A stretch of DNA of 64,000 bases from positions 81,840,001 to 81,904,000 of the forward strand of contig OX597815.1 in NCBI GenBank assembly GCA_951406725.2, given 5' to 3'. Below are positions 28,341-42,534 of the stretch, piece by piece. This DNA is from Octopus vulgaris (taxonomy: Eukaryota). Under the pieces are notes generated by a model. The model was not told the DNA's origin and made no database searches. It worked only from the letters and a program-made list of their open reading frames with translations. The position numbers were made by a program, and so were the translations under genes. How positions within the stretch are numbered: position 1 is the first letter of the stretch; each line of letters begins with the position of its first letter.

Positions 28341-28684
28341 AAGAAACAAGTAACATTGATTGATGCCAAATGCTAAGGGCCACAAGCTCAGGGCAGGAAT
28401 ATAGTCGGTTATATCGGCCATAGTATTTGACTGCTATTTTATTCTATCCGATGGATGAAACGCAAAATTACTCTCGGTGAGATTTGAATTTTCAACGTTA
28501 AGGATTTAGAAAATAATATTGCATGTTGTTTGATGCTCTAGCGATTCTGCCAATCTTACGACTTGAATGCTACAGCAGCAGCAGTAGCAGCAACAATAAC
28601 AACAACAACAACAACAACAACTACAACTACTACTACACGTAGTATAGTTAGTTGTAAGTATCCGAAGAATAAGAATAAAAATAT

Positions 28685-28892
28685 TCTTTTCTACTCTAAG
28701 CACAAGGCCCAAAATTTTGGGGGAGGGGGCCAGTCGATTTGAACGACACAAATACGCAACTGGTACTTAATTTATCGACCCCAAAAAGAAGAAAGGCAAA
28801 GTCGACCTCGATGGAATTTGAACGTAGCTGCAGACGAAATACCGCTAAGCATTTCGTCCGGCATGCTAACGTTTCTGCCAGCTCGCCGCCTT
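28685..28892 (-). mobile_element. SINE family A, full-length short-tail form
   Basis: Ends ...ctgccagctcgccgcctt (head on the minus strand); tail tcttttctactctaagcacaaggccc. Confidence 0.85.
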
Positions 28893-29187
28893 TAAAAATA
28901 GAAATATCCACAGTGTTCTTCCCTTTTCCTGACGACTGTGTGTTTTGACAGAGAATTTGCTTCTACTTTTAATCGATCGAATGATTGCCTTGAGGCTCGT
29001 TTGTTGGTTCCATATTATAGACACTAATCTTGTTGATACTAAACTACTTTTTTGTTTATTTTTAAAGAATGAATGCGTTTAAATTGATTCCAGAAATGTG
29101 AACTTAGAACATTAAAGAACGTAACTGACTACTGCAGTTGAACTGATTCAATCATTCTTATAATTATGAATATTATTGATATATGTT

Positions 29188-29400
29188 AAGGCGGCCAGCT
29201 GGCAGAATCGTTAAGACGCTGAGCAAACTGCTTAGCGGCATTTCGTCCGTCTTTACGTTCTGAGTTAAAATTCATCCGAGGTCGACTGTGCCGTTCGTCT
29301 TTTCAACGTCGATAAAATAAGTACTAGTTGAGTACTGGCGTCAATCTAATCGACTTATCCCTTCTCCGAAATTTCTGGCCTTGTGCAAAAACTTGAAAGC
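29188..29400 (+). mobile_element. SINE family A
   Basis: aaggcggccagctggcagaatcgtt...gaggtcgactgtgcc...gtcgataaaataagtactag; more decayed copies follow to about 30050. Confidence 0.8.
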
Positions 29401-30724
29401 CACATTAGGTACCATTGATATAAATAGTTAATTCGCCTCAGAGATTGATACAATCCTGATGGACAAAGTGAAGGATATTGACGTGTGTTTTTATACGTGC
29501 TATCTGCTTATATCTTGCCGATGTTCCAAAATTCAATATTAGGTTTCGATTGCAGTAATTTTCTTAACGAGAATTCCATTACTGTTTACCGATATTAATT
29601 CTGTTTTGGGTGGTGGATCAACAGAACCGTTTGAGCGTCGTACAAAATTATTTTATAGTGTTTGATCCGGGCTTTCACATTCTGCGTTCAAATTCCACCA
29701 AGGTGAAATTTATCTTTCATCACTCTGGGGCGATAAAATAAGCAATCAGTCAAGAACTGGCACCGATTTAAACGACACACTGCTTTGAGAAATTAGAAAA
29801 AAATTAAATTAATCTAAAGTAGAAACAAAAGAGGTGGAAGATTGGTAGAAACATTTGAACTTTATTACAAAAAATGCCTTGTATTCATTCCGGCTTTTTA
29901 AGCTTTGGGTTTAAATGCTGCCAGAATTAACTCTGACTTTTTTCCCTCCACAATGACGACAAAATAAAATACTAGGCAAGTACAGAAGTCAATGGCATCG
30001 ACTGTGTCTCTCCCCAACAAAACTGCAAGCCTTGTGCCTAAATCAAAAATAATTATAATTTCTCTTCCCAAGTTTTCTTCCCATTTTCTTTCAGGTCTAC
30101 CACAATCTCTTTTCCTAAAGATTGTTTTTAGATAAATTTTAATTAAAAGAATTTCGTTTCCACACGCTGTATGAGCATAAATGTATATAACTTAAATGAA
30201 ATCGTAGAGACAGTTTGAGATTACGATTAACTGCAGTTTCATCTTGCGAATTGCCAAAATAGATTTTGATAGTTCGCCAGATGAGATCGCAGGAAATCGT
30301 TATCTTGAACTGTCTTTTCACCGCGCGCGCATACACACACACATGCGCACGCACGCACGCGCACACGCACACACACATATATATGTATCTGCGTTTACAT
30401 ACATAAATATGCGTATATTTATTTCTATGTATGGTAGTTCAACAAAACGTAACATTTACCAAAGATCATCACTTGGAGTTTTCTTCTGTTTAAATCTCAT
30501 TTTAAAGATGAAGCTGGTTGCTTAATCAGAAACTATTTTAATGCAGGACAAGTTTGTTACAAAAGCTGCCAAATTCCAAATTTACAAACTACGTAATTTC
30601 GAAAAGTTTGTATTAATTCTGGACGAAAGCAAAACTTGCTTATTTTAAACACTTCTATCACCTATTCCTCTCTGCCAGAAAGATAGTCAGTAATTCCAGA
30701 GAGAGTTAACTTCTTGAAGGCCAA

Positions 30725-30777
<53 letters not shown>

Positions 30778-30822
30778 CATACATAAACATACATACATAT
30801 GTATATATATGCAGATATATAG

Positions 30823-30875
<53 letters not shown>

Positions 30876-31324
30876 CGTGTATGTATATGTATATATATAT
30901 ATATATGTGTGTGTGTATATATAAATGTGTATGTGTGTGTATATGTTAGCATATGTATTTGTGTTCCAAAGAAATAAAAAGGAGAAAAGTAAAAAAAAAG
31001 AAACCAACGATTCTGTATGAAGATATATATTCGCCTCAAAATGTGTGGCTGTCTGATCGACATTTTGGAATACCAGTTATTAGAAGAAACAAAATATTTA
31101 TAGAATTTAAAAAAAAAGAAGATTTTTATGAAAAAAAAAAGTATTCTTTTTATTTTTATTTTGGCTTCAATTTTCGAAAAATCAAAGAGTTCCTGTTTAG
31201 CAGTTTGTCTAAATACTAAGAATAGATTGTGATGAGAATGAAGATAACAGTCAGGAAATGATGTGATAGCAAATGCTATCACAAGTTTTGAGTTGGAATC
31301 AAAATGTTTACCAGAAATAGAAAT

Positions 31325-31362
<38 letters not shown>

Positions 31363-31393
31363 AATAAAACAACAAAAGATGCGAGAAATGGAA

Positions 31394-31432
<39 letters not shown>

Positions 31433-31576
31433 AAGAAGCAAAAAATGGAAACAAAACAAATAAATAAAAAAAAACACAGTACCAAAAACAATAAAAATAG
31501 TAACAAAACATGGCTTGACATATAAAAAGAGGAACAAACAACGTAAACGAAAATAGAAATATCAAGAATTAAAATA

Positions 31577-31625
<49 letters not shown>

Positions 31626-31690
31626 TTACTACTACTACTACAATAACAATAATCATAATAACAACGAAGATGATGATGATGATAATAATG

Positions 31691-31729
<39 letters not shown>

Positions 31730-32425
31730 CTCGTTAAAATGGCCGCGATCAAAAGCAAGCGTTAAATTTTTGGAATATTGGCAAAATAGGAGATAAAACG
31801 CACGCAAACATATAAGCACACTCGCACATACACACAATCACACACACACACACACACAAACTCACGCACACACACACACACATACTCATACACACACACA
31901 CACACGCACACACACACACACACACACATACACATACACACAGTGATACACATACATATACGTTCAAATACGAAATTCTAATACACGTAAATACACACTC
32001 GAATGTTTACGTGTGTGAACGTGTGTGCATATATGTCCCTCTCTAATCTGTTACTGGCTGAGTCGACCGTTTCATTAAATTTAATATATTTCTTAGATAC
32101 GAGAGGTATCCCGCTTGTAATAACCGATAAGATTAATCCATATTCTGGATAATTTTTTTCAAGTTCTTACATACGGATTAACCTCAAAATTTCATCCTGC
32201 ATGTATATTTATATATCTTTCAGTGTGCGTGCGTGCGCGCGCGCGTGTGTAAGTGTGTGTGTGTATGTGTGTATGTGGTGTGAGTGCGTGTGAACGAATC
32301 GGTGGAGTCATTAGAGCGTATTTCTTCCGGCTCATTGCATTGCGAGTTCAAATCCTATTGTAGCCTACATATCCGAGGGTAGACTTTACCTTCCTCTGTC
32401 ACTTCTCGCTCTTATGTGTGTGTAT

Positions 32426-32499
<74 letters not shown>

Positions 32500-32989
32500 A
32501 AAAGAGAGGGAGGGAGGGAGAGAGAGAAAGAGAGAGAGAGAGAGCGAGATTTTGGCCCTGAACGTCACCGAGCATGTTTAACTTGATAATCATCTAATGA
32601 AGTCTTTTAAATCATATATTGGGTTACCTTATTCCAATAATCAAAGCTTGTCATGCTATTTTTTCTTTACCACCTTTTAGCATTTTTTAAAAATAGCAAA
32701 TCCACAGTCGACAGCAGTAGACAGAGATTGCGAAATCGTTGAGAAGCGAAGGATTTTGACATCAGGATCTTTAGACGGTAAAGTCCCACTGATGTAAGAG
32801 AAAACTGCATGGAACCTGTTCATTTTATTGGTGATATGTGCACTCCAGCTTAGTTTGTTATCGACAGTTACATCAAAGTCTCTGATACAACATGACGTGA
32901 CGAAAAGCCCTCTCGAAGGAAAAGAATGTAGCTGTACGTATATCTTCTGTATGTATATTTCTGTGTATATGTTACATATACATTCAGTA

Positions 32990-33072
<83 letters not shown>

Positions 33073-33109
33073 TTGCCTGCCCGCCTGCTTGCCTGCCTGC
33101 CTGCCTGCC

Positions 33110-33222
<113 letters not shown>

Positions 33223-33237
33223 GCCTGCCTGCCTTCC

Positions 33238-33268
<31 letters not shown>

Positions 33269-33275
33269 GTGTCTG

Positions 33276-33309
<34 letters not shown>

Positions 33310-33319
33310 CATCTATCTA

Positions 33320-33374
<55 letters not shown>

Positions 33375-34221
33375 AAGCAATGCATGTGTGTTTGCGCGCG
33401 CGTAAGTGTATATGCTTGGGTGTGCTCTAAAGTGTTGGAGCGTCTGTTAAATGAATTCGCATCTGAGTTTGTTTGTACACATGCATATATTGGCGTGTAT
33501 GTGTTTTGATTTCGTTATGCACTAAGTTGATGGCTTGCTAAGCGGTTGTTTCCACGACTCGCTGGTACGTATGTATTATAAAACCTGAACTCTTTACCGA
33601 AATGACATAAAAAAAACTTGGAACACTTCCATCTGACAAAGCAGAGAATCAGCTTGCGTATATGCCAACAAAAGACTATACTATGAATAAAGAATTTCTT
33701 GATCAGAGCAGATTCAACAAAAAGTATTGAGGTGGAAGTCTTACATCACTAACTACGCTGGGTTTGCAACGGTCAAAAATTGTCGGATATCCACTGTTCA
33801 GCTTGTTTATAGTCAGAGAATTGTAAATAGGACAGGTTGAAAAGGAGCGGCAAAGTGGTGATATAAGGATCAACTAAAGCAAACGTGAAAGAAGATCAGT
33901 ACTGATGTTTCATTGAGGAACGTTGATACAAATCTGGAATGTTGATATAACTGATCATCAGATAAAGTTACATCGGGTGTGATTTCTATGTAAGGGACAG
34001 GAAACAGGAAATAAATAGGCAACAGATATGAACAGAAAAATGCAAACTGCCAAAAAGAATCCTTCGGCCAAATGCATTTCATTTCTCATGATCTTGTTGT
34101 CGGCTTCTTTTTGGACTTTTGACCAAAAAATAGGTTTATGATGTCCATTTGGAACATAAATGAACTAAATGGAATCAGCTTCTGATCTCCAAGGAAGTTG
34201 TGTTTGTTTGTGTGCGTGTAT

Positions 34222-34638
34222 TCTTTTATTCTTTTACTTGTTTCAATCATTTGATTGCGGTCATGCTGGAGCACCGCCTTTAGTCGAGCAAATCGACCTC
34301 TTCTTTGTAAGCCTAGTACTTATTCTATCGGTCTCTTTTTGCCGAACCGCTAAGTTACAGGGACGTAAACACACCACCATCGGTTGTCAAAGATGTTGGG
34401 TGAACAAACACAGACACACAAACACACAGACACACAAACATATACACACACATACACATATATATACATATATACGACGGGCTTCTTTCAGTTTCCGTCT
34501 ACCAAATCCATTCACAAGGCTTTGGTCGGCCCGAGGCTATAGTAGAAGACACTTGCCCAAGGTGCCACGCAGTGGGACTGAACCCAGAACCATGTGTTTC
34601 GTAAGCAATCTACTTACCACACAGCCACTCCTACGCCT
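34222..34638 (-). mobile_element. SINE family B, full length
   Basis: cacttgcccaaggtgccacgcagtgggactgaaccc...cttaccacacagccactcc. Confidence 0.9.
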
Positions 34639-35056
34639 GTTTACATTCATAAACTCACTAGCTCCTAAGCTATTTATTCATATGTAAAATAGCTGTGTTT
34701 TTTATTCAGCAATGCTTGTTTATGTATTTTTGTATCTAAAATATGCATTATATTGTTACATGTTGTTGCTTTATCACTGTTGTGTAATCTGTGAATCTGC
34801 AAATATATGTTTTAATAATAACAGCTTATATTCAACGTATGACAATATCTGAAAGAATTTGGAGCCTTTCTCTCCCGTCACTCGGGCGCTTTCCTCGTCT
34901 GGAGACACTGACGGCATTCAAAACAAACCATCCATTTCCTGCCTTTATTTCACCCCCATACATGTGATGATGACATGGGAAGTGTTTGAATTCGTGCGGA
35001 TGGGTGTGCACGTATACACACATCATATTTAAATAGATACATGCATACTAAGACAG

Positions 35057-35102
<46 letters not shown>

Positions 35103-35160
35103 CCGATGTGTGTGTGTGTGTGTGTGGTTTAGGCATTGGTATGGTAATAATCTGGTAGTT

Positions 35161-35208
<48 letters not shown>

Positions 35209-35312
35209 GCTTCATAACGAAACGTGAGTGAAGTACAGCTCGGCAGTGAGAAATTGGAATGACAAAGGAATAGAGAGTTATGAAGTTCGTAACATGATTG
35301 TTTCTTTATATA

Positions 35313-35645
35313 TATCAGGTTGAGCAAAAAGTAAACATTTTGAACCATGAAGAACTGTGTATCGGATTTTTGCAGAGTTTTGAATTTTTTAAAACATTTT
35401 TTTGAAATTATCTAATAATACAGACATACACTTGCCCAACGGCATCAATAAATTAATATTGATATTTTTCTCACTGCTATTACAATCATCTGAAATGGGA
35501 GTCAATGCATGATATTCGAGCAATTTTGCTATTCAACTTCAAAAAAGGACGTAAAGCAGCTGAAACTGCTCGCGATATCAACTAAACGTTTGGCGAGAAA
35601 ATGACCACTGCGTGGTCAACTCGAAAATGGTTTAAACGATTTCTA
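35313..35645 (+). mobile_element. mariner remnant: left TIR and transposase N-terminal HTH
   Basis: ta-tcaggttgagcaaaaagta TIR-like start; HDIRAILLFNFKKGRKAAETARDIN*TFGE...RKWFKRF resembles the Hsmar1/cecropia-type N-terminus. Confidence 0.85.
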
Positions 35646-36989
35646 AAATCATATATTAGCGCTTGCATGAACTTTAGTGGATTCGCCTGGATGCAAGCGC
35701 TAATATATGATTTATAAAAACATGTGACATTAATAAAAATCTGTAAATATAAAACCATCCAGATTTCTGAGTACCTTATTTCTTCTAATACATAATACCT
35801 GTACATCATCTCCAAACCTTGTAAGATATATATATATATATATGTACGCAAAAATATATACATATGTACATATATGATGTCAGGGTGTATCTGCATACCT
35901 CGAATGGTGGGTATGTGCATGTAGGTGTGTGTATGCATTCAAATTATATTTATGTTTGCATGTATTTATATATGTGTCTGTATAATACACACGAAGACAC
36001 ACTCATATAAACATTTACGGTCACGGTCAAAGTTATTAAGAAAATGATCAGAAACTTCCACGTTTATACGTTTACAAATGCTAAACCTTTCACCGTTTTC
36101 AGATTTGTTTTGGTTTAGTCGCTAACGCCATTACCCTGAATGCGATTGATACAAGCCGTTTTATTAAATGGCGCATATCTAAACATAAATTGTTAAACGT
36201 TGCTTTAAACGTAGCTAATTGCTGTTCATATGTTTGAGCCCGCTCTTCCTCATAAACATATGATATTGGAGTGTATTAGACAGTAGTGGGAAAACCTTTT
36301 CCGTGGTAGGTGAGTGCCTATATACACTCCCCAAGTGAGTTTAGTAAAACATTTATTCCCGTGCAACATTCTTTAATATCATCAATAACACACAGTCGTC
36401 TGGCACACGACGAAAGCAGCTCGACACTCGTGAGAGGATCTGCTTGATTTTTGCTGGTCGTGGTCATAAATGGGTTATGATTTATATTTAAAAACTTAAC
36501 CGTTTATGTTTATGTTATAACTACACACACACACACACACACACACGCATATGTATGAGATATAGGAACAATGAGAGTATATGAAATGGCTGACGCCAGC
36601 TAACATGATAATTGTGACAAGTACATATCATTATGCGCCTGAGTACACCTTTTCAAATTAGTGGGTCTCAGAGAGAAATATATTTTTTTGTTTGCTTGTT
36701 TGTTTGTTTCGATTTCACCATTAAAGCAAACAACAAACCTAGTTTAGAATACGCTCGAAACGTAAGTATAAACGAGTCATAAAATCTTAAATACTGCTAA
36801 TGATAATAGTGGCTACCGCTAAGCAGAAAATTAATCTTGGATATCAGCAGAAAAGACACAAATAAGGTGCCCTAACAGAAACTATACAGCTAAATAGCGA
36901 CAGTGAATATCGTTCCTGAGTTTATGTATGTATGTATGTATGTATGTATGTATGTATGTATGTATGTATGTATGTATGTATATGTATGT

Positions 36990-37348
36990 CAGGTCACTTT
37001 CGAGTGCTACTGGTAACATGTAACCCAGTACCACCTGTTGCATGGTCGGGTCGTCGGCAACTAAACCGGCAACCCCACCAAGCTTGCTTGGTGAGGAGGG
37101 TGTTTATCGGACACCCTGCGGGATGAAAAACAAAACCCGTCAAAGGGCGGAGGAACTCTTGAGACTCAATGGCCATCCAATAAATAAATGTCTTAAGGCT
37201 GTATCATGCGCGGGGACATAGAAATAATCGGACTGAATACCCGATCGCACGGTTAAACCATTGGGAGTGAAGGACTCCTAGCCTTTGTTAAGGTATCCTT
37301 CTAGGAGAAGGTAACTCGGGTAACTGGGATAACTCCGATATAAAACCT
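36990..37348 (+). mobile_element. Probable RTE-type LINE 5' UTR fragment, strongly structured
   Basis: GC-richer island with consecutive hairpins, ending ctaggagaaggtaactc...gatataaaacc, similar to the motif found upstream of RTE ORFs. Confidence 0.55.
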
Positions 37349-37519
37349 AATTTCTCAGGTTTGGTACTTAAGCAGTGTGTTACATATCCCAATGCTCCAA
37401 TAATTTACAAGTATAAACCTGGAGTTGTAAACCGGGTAAAGTAATTGTAGATTTCTCAATAGCTCGGTGTGTTTTCTGTTTTTTTAGCTTTATATTAACA
37501 TCCGCTGGGCAGCTGATTT

Positions 37520-38372
37520 CTACAAATGTACACAGTTTCTCTTCTCCATCTCAAATCATTATGTTTGGTCTGTTATGCATACATTTTATTGAAGTTTTCA
37601 CTGGGACATTCCACTAGTATTATTCTTATTTTGAGTGGCTGTGGTATCTACAATACTATGGATTCTTATTTCTTTGGCCTCAGGTTCATCCTTCCGACGG
37701 ACCTCATTATATAGGGTCCTAGCTATGAAATCATGTCTCATTGGTAGATAACAGCGCGATGTGACTTTGGGATAAACTGCTTATGATGTGGGGGATATAT
37801 TTGGTATTAACTCTACAAAGTCTGCATTGGTTACCAAATTTATATGCTTTTCTTTCGACTGTGTCCCTTTTGTGCATCAGATATTTCCTGTTCCTGGATT
37901 ACAAACGCATACCCTTCTAAGTGAGAGTTAGCAATCCGGTTGTTGGTCCCTAAGAGAATGCTTTGATTACACTGGCCAACATATTCTAACTTTTTTCTGC
38001 TGACCTAAGTTTGAGACCTGCTTTGGGGTAATTTGGGGTTACTGAGTTTTGAAAATTGACAGTAGGTATCAAGTGAAAGGTGATGCTAACTAACATTTCA
38101 TATTCTATTGACATTATGAATTACAGTTTGAAGCTATAAGACTTAGTAAATTATCCTGACCAAGTAAATTATTTATGCAGTACCTCATAAAATAGGGCTA
38201 TGCTTTAGAATGAAAACCTGATCTGTTAGGAAAAAATGGATGCCATATTTGAAATCTGCATCTCAAAATTAACCAAAAACAACCACAAAACCGAAGTCAG
38301 AAAAATGTGTTGACCAGTGTTATCAATGCTACCATCATCCCGGTGCTTTCTGCAGTCATATCCATGCATGGT
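37520..38372 (-). mobile_element. R4/Dong-like restriction-endonuclease LINE fragment (zinc knuckle region), interrupted by a MITE
   Basis: MHGYDCRKHRDDGSIDNQSILLGTNNRIANSHLEGYAFVIQEQEI...NQCRLCRVNTKYIPHIISS...YLPMRHDFIARTLYNE: CRLC..H knuckle plus RHD motif. Confidence 0.85.
37970..38319. mobile_element. Non-autonomous DNA transposon, Chapaev3-like (CAC...GTG termini, TTA TSD)
   Basis: tta|cactggccaaca ... tgttgaccagtg|tta; removing it restores the flanking LINE reading frame (SIDNQSI). Confidence 0.75.
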
Positions 38373-38457
38373 ATGTATGTATGTATGTATGTATGTATGT
38401 ATGTATGTATGTATGTATGTATGTATGTATGTATGTATGTATGTATGTATGTATGTG

Positions 38458-38496
<39 letters not shown>

Positions 38497-39155
38497 GTTA
38501 ATAGATAAATAGGTAGCTAGATAGATAACTCCTTCTTTTCCTTCCCTCCATAGTCTCGGACTTTCTTCCAGTATTTGAGGAAGGACTATGACCGAAACGT
38601 TATAACTTTTACTCTGTAACCTTTATTTCTTCCTTGAGCGTCAAACAACTTATATGAACTTGTTAAATACAATGTTTCTTTTGTGTGTAATTAGGAAAGG
38701 CCATATTCGGTCATTCCGTGAATACAAAGGCATGTTCTGCTTGTGACCGCATGTAGGTGAGAGAATGAGAGTTTACAAACAACATGGTCAATATTTCGGG
38801 CAACATCGTACGTAAATGAGCGCTATTCTCTGCGCAGCAACGCATATAAATGGGGACTGTACTCTCAAACGGCAGCTCGTGTGGGAAGTGTTGCACACAT
38901 TTCAGGCACACTTGTTAATATAGAGCGCACTAGTTTTGTGATTAGTTGGGAAATAACGACGACCTACTGAAACCGGATGTAATAAAGAAATAAACAAACA
39001 GTCCAAATAACCAACAAACAGTCCATTAAATAGCAATGGTATGGCAACATAATAATGAGATAATATCACAACAAAGTATTATGTAGAAACTAATCGTTAA
39101 AAAACTATTGCTACATGCAGAAGACCGAGTTTATTTTAATATCTTACTTGTTTTA

Positions 39156-39547
39156 AGGCGGAGAGCTGGCAGAAACGTTAGCACGTCGGGCGAAATGCTT
39201 AGTGGTATTTCGTCTGCCGCTACGTTCTGAGTTCAAATTCCGCCGAGGCCGACTTTGCTTTTCATCCTTTCGGGATCGATTAAATAAGTACCAGTTTCGC
39301 ACTGGAGTCGATGTAATCGACTTAATCCGTTTGTCGGTCCTTGTTTGTCCCCTCTGTGTTTAGCCCCGTGTGGGTAGTCAAGAAATGGGTATTTCGTCTG
39401 TCCTTACGTTCTGAGTTCAAATTGCGCCGAGGTCGACTTTACCTTTCATCCTTACAGGGTCGATAAGTACAAGTTGCGTACTGGGGTCGATCGAATCGAC
39501 TGGCCTCCTCCCCAAAATTTACGGGCCTTGTGCCTAGATTAGAAAAG
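39156..39547 (+). mobile_element. SINE family A dimeric form with 16-bp TSD
   Basis: Two central domains; aatatcttacttgttt on both sides; inserted in the tail of a family B copy. Confidence 0.85.
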
Positions 39548-39551
39548 AATA

Positions 39552-40113
39552 TCTTACTTGTTTCATTCATTGGATGATGGCCTTTGTTGGGTACTGGTTT
39601 GTAGAGTTTAGCCGAACAAATCGATCCCATGACTTATTTTGAATCTGCTACTTATTCATCCAGCCTCTGTTATTGAACCGTAAAGTTAAAGGGACGCAAA
39701 CATACCAACAGTGGTGTGGGAAGGGACAAATACAAACACAAAGACCTACCTACCTACCTACCTACCTACCTACCTACCTACCTACCTACATACATACATA
39801 CATGCATGCATACATACATACATACATACATGTGTGTGTGTGTATGTCTGTATGTATACATACATACATGCATCCATCCATCTATCCATCTATCCATCCA
39901 TCCATCCATCCATCCATACATACATACATACATGTGTATGTATGTATGACAAGCTTCCATAGAGTTTCCACCTATGAAATTCACTGTCAAGGCATTGGTC
40001 GGGCCGGATTTATAGTGAGAGACACTTACTCAATGCGCCGCGCTGTGGAGCTAAACCTAAAACCACGTGGTTGAAAAACGAACTTCTTAACTCCACGGCT
40101 ACGCCTGGGCCTA
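39552..40113 (-). mobile_element. SINE family B, decayed, with expanded internal microsatellites
   Basis: Tail cttacttgtttcattcattgg and head remnants aaaccacgtggttg...cttcttaactccacggctacgcc. Confidence 0.65.
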
Positions 40114-41796
40114 TGCACAAAACCAGTTAGGAATACCGAGAAAAAAAACAAAAAAAACTTTTCCCTGAAACAGCGGAGTGGCGTTAAATTCTAGTCACAA
40201 GCGAAATAACTCAGTTTAAGTAAAGAATAATATAACCTTCTTCATATACTAAAAATTTAATCCAAATTATATTTCGAGAGAACGAATGTAAAAACTGGAA
40301 ATTATGAGTAGCAACAGAATGGCGTACTAACTTGTATGCGTGTGCGTTTCTGCGCACGCGCGTACACAGACACATAAACGCATAAACGCTTATTACCTGA
40401 GGATGAAAAGGAAAGAGAAAGCAAGTCTGCTCTTTTGGAGGCCTCTTCTCCTATCTCACTCATTATACTCTACATATGTATATGCACATCCATACAAGTG
40501 CAAACAATTTGTCATGCTGGGTTCAATGTATCTTTCTCTCTACTCTAATCAGTCGACGATCTTTTATTCAATTATTCCCGTTGTGACTGTCGCTTCTGTG
40601 TTTTTTTTTAAAAAGAAGTTTATCAGTGTTCTTGTCTACTTTTATGTATGCTGTACCTTTTTCTTTTTTTTTTTTTTAGAGAGAGAGAAGGAGTAAACTT
40701 ACTGCTTCATAACTAATTTCTATATTGTTTATGTTAGCGCTATAAAGAAAAATTACGATCTAAATTTCATTCGAGTATTAGATGGTTCATAATTAAAAAA
40801 AAAAAAAAAACCAAAAGAAAAATAAAGTTTGAAAAAAAAAACGAAATTAACGGATCTTGTTGCTGTTGTTTAGCCTAAGGTCAGACGTGATCAAACGTTT
40901 CATCCGTAGCAATTCTGTCTTTTTGTAAGGTTATCTAGTCCGATATTATCCAATGTCCCTCCCCACCTTTTTATATTTGACAGTGGAGTATCATTTAAGG
41001 GAGATTTAGCTGTTATCTTAAGCAAATAGTGCAACTACCTTAGGACAGGGGGAGATTGCTTTTTCTTTTAGTATCAGGGATGGATTGTAAGCACTTTGGA
41101 GAGAGGAAACGTTTGTGCTGAGAAAAAGGAATGAGTCATTAATTCTACAAATCCAGACGTGTGATTTGTAGCGAAACCGAATAAGCATGATGGTTGATTT
41201 CCAAACTTATGACAGTTTCACGTAGTCTAGTTTTATAGTTAAGCAACGCGACAAAAAAAAAAAAAAAAAAAAAAAGTCACGGCACCGTGTGAGCTTCTTA
41301 TATGTCGCTCTCGTAATTCCTGTTTTGTTTTTTTTTTCATTCGAGATCAAATCTTACCGAGTTCGTCTTTACTATCCATCATTAAGTGGCCGATTAAATA
41401 AAGCACCAATCTTGCATTGGGTCAATTTAATCGACTAACTGTCCGTTCCCTATTTTCTCACCTTCTGCCTATTTTAGAAACATCTATTAAGTAACTAATC
41501 TATAACATTTTTCTGCTACGCTTTGCTATGGAACACAATGGAAGACATAATCCGTTACAAACACACAATATTTATACTTTTCGTACGGCAATGGTTCAGA
41601 AACTGTGGAACAAAATCAAAGATATATTTTACTATAAAAATACAACATTTGTATTATTTGAATTACTTATAAGAAAATAAGACTAGAAAATGAATATTTA
41701 AAATTAATTTGGCATATATATTTTTAGAATACGTAACAAACCAAATACACTTTCTTCAGATATGAAAATAGGATGTATAACAATGTATCTGTCTCT

Positions 41797-42099
41797 TTTT
41801 TTTTCGCCCTTTTCAAGCCTAGCCAGGCTCATGGGCCCGGTTTCCCGGTTTCTGTAGCATATGTGTTCCCCCCAGCTGGACGGGACGCCAGTCCATCGCA
41901 GCATTACTCAAGAAACAAGAAGAGAGAGTGAGAGAAAGTTGTGGCGAAAGAGTACAACAGGGGTCGCCACCACCCCCTGCCGGAGTCTCGTGGAGGTTTT
42001 AGGTGTTTTCGCTCAATAAACACACACAACGCCCGGTCTGGGAATCGAAACCGCGATCCTCCGACCGCGCATCCGCTGCCCTAACCACTGGACCTCCAC
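41797..42099 (-). mobile_element. SINE family D
   Basis: Colinear with 24107-24390 (ttttcgcccttttcaagcctagccaggctcat...ggaatcgaaaccgcgatcctccgaccgcg). Confidence 0.85.
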
Positions 42100-42109
42100 A
42101 TAACAATGT

Positions 42110-42234
42110 GGAGGAAAAGCAAAGTCGACCCCGGTGGAATTTGAACTCAGAACGTAGCGACGGGCGAAATACTCCTAAGCATTTTGCCTGAGGTGCTAAC
42201 ATTTCTTCCTGCTCACCACCTTAATAATAATAAT

Positions 42235-42292
<58 letters not shown>

Positions 42293-42510
42293 CCTTTCTT
42301 CTATAGATACAAAGTCTGAAATGTTTTTGGGGAAGGTGCTAGTCAATTACATCGACCGCTCTGTTCAATTGGTACTTATTTTATCGACCCCGAATGGATG
42401 AAAGGTAAAGTCGACCATGGCGGATTTTGAACTCAGGACGTAAAGACGGACGAAATGCTGCTAAGCATTTTACCCGGCATGCTAACGATTCTTCCACCTC
42501 ACCGCTTTAT
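42110..42510 (-). mobile_element. Two SINE family A copies separated by (TAA)n
   Basis: Head fragment at 42110-42222 and full short-tail copy at 42292-42510. Confidence 0.8.
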
Positions 42511-42534
42511 TGTCAGTTAATAATGGTTGTGCTT

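Noticed and set aside
36395-36425. gtcgt/acgac stem followed by GAAAgcagcTC
   Set aside because: No CUGANGA-like core upstream; lies in hAT-like subterminal sequence.
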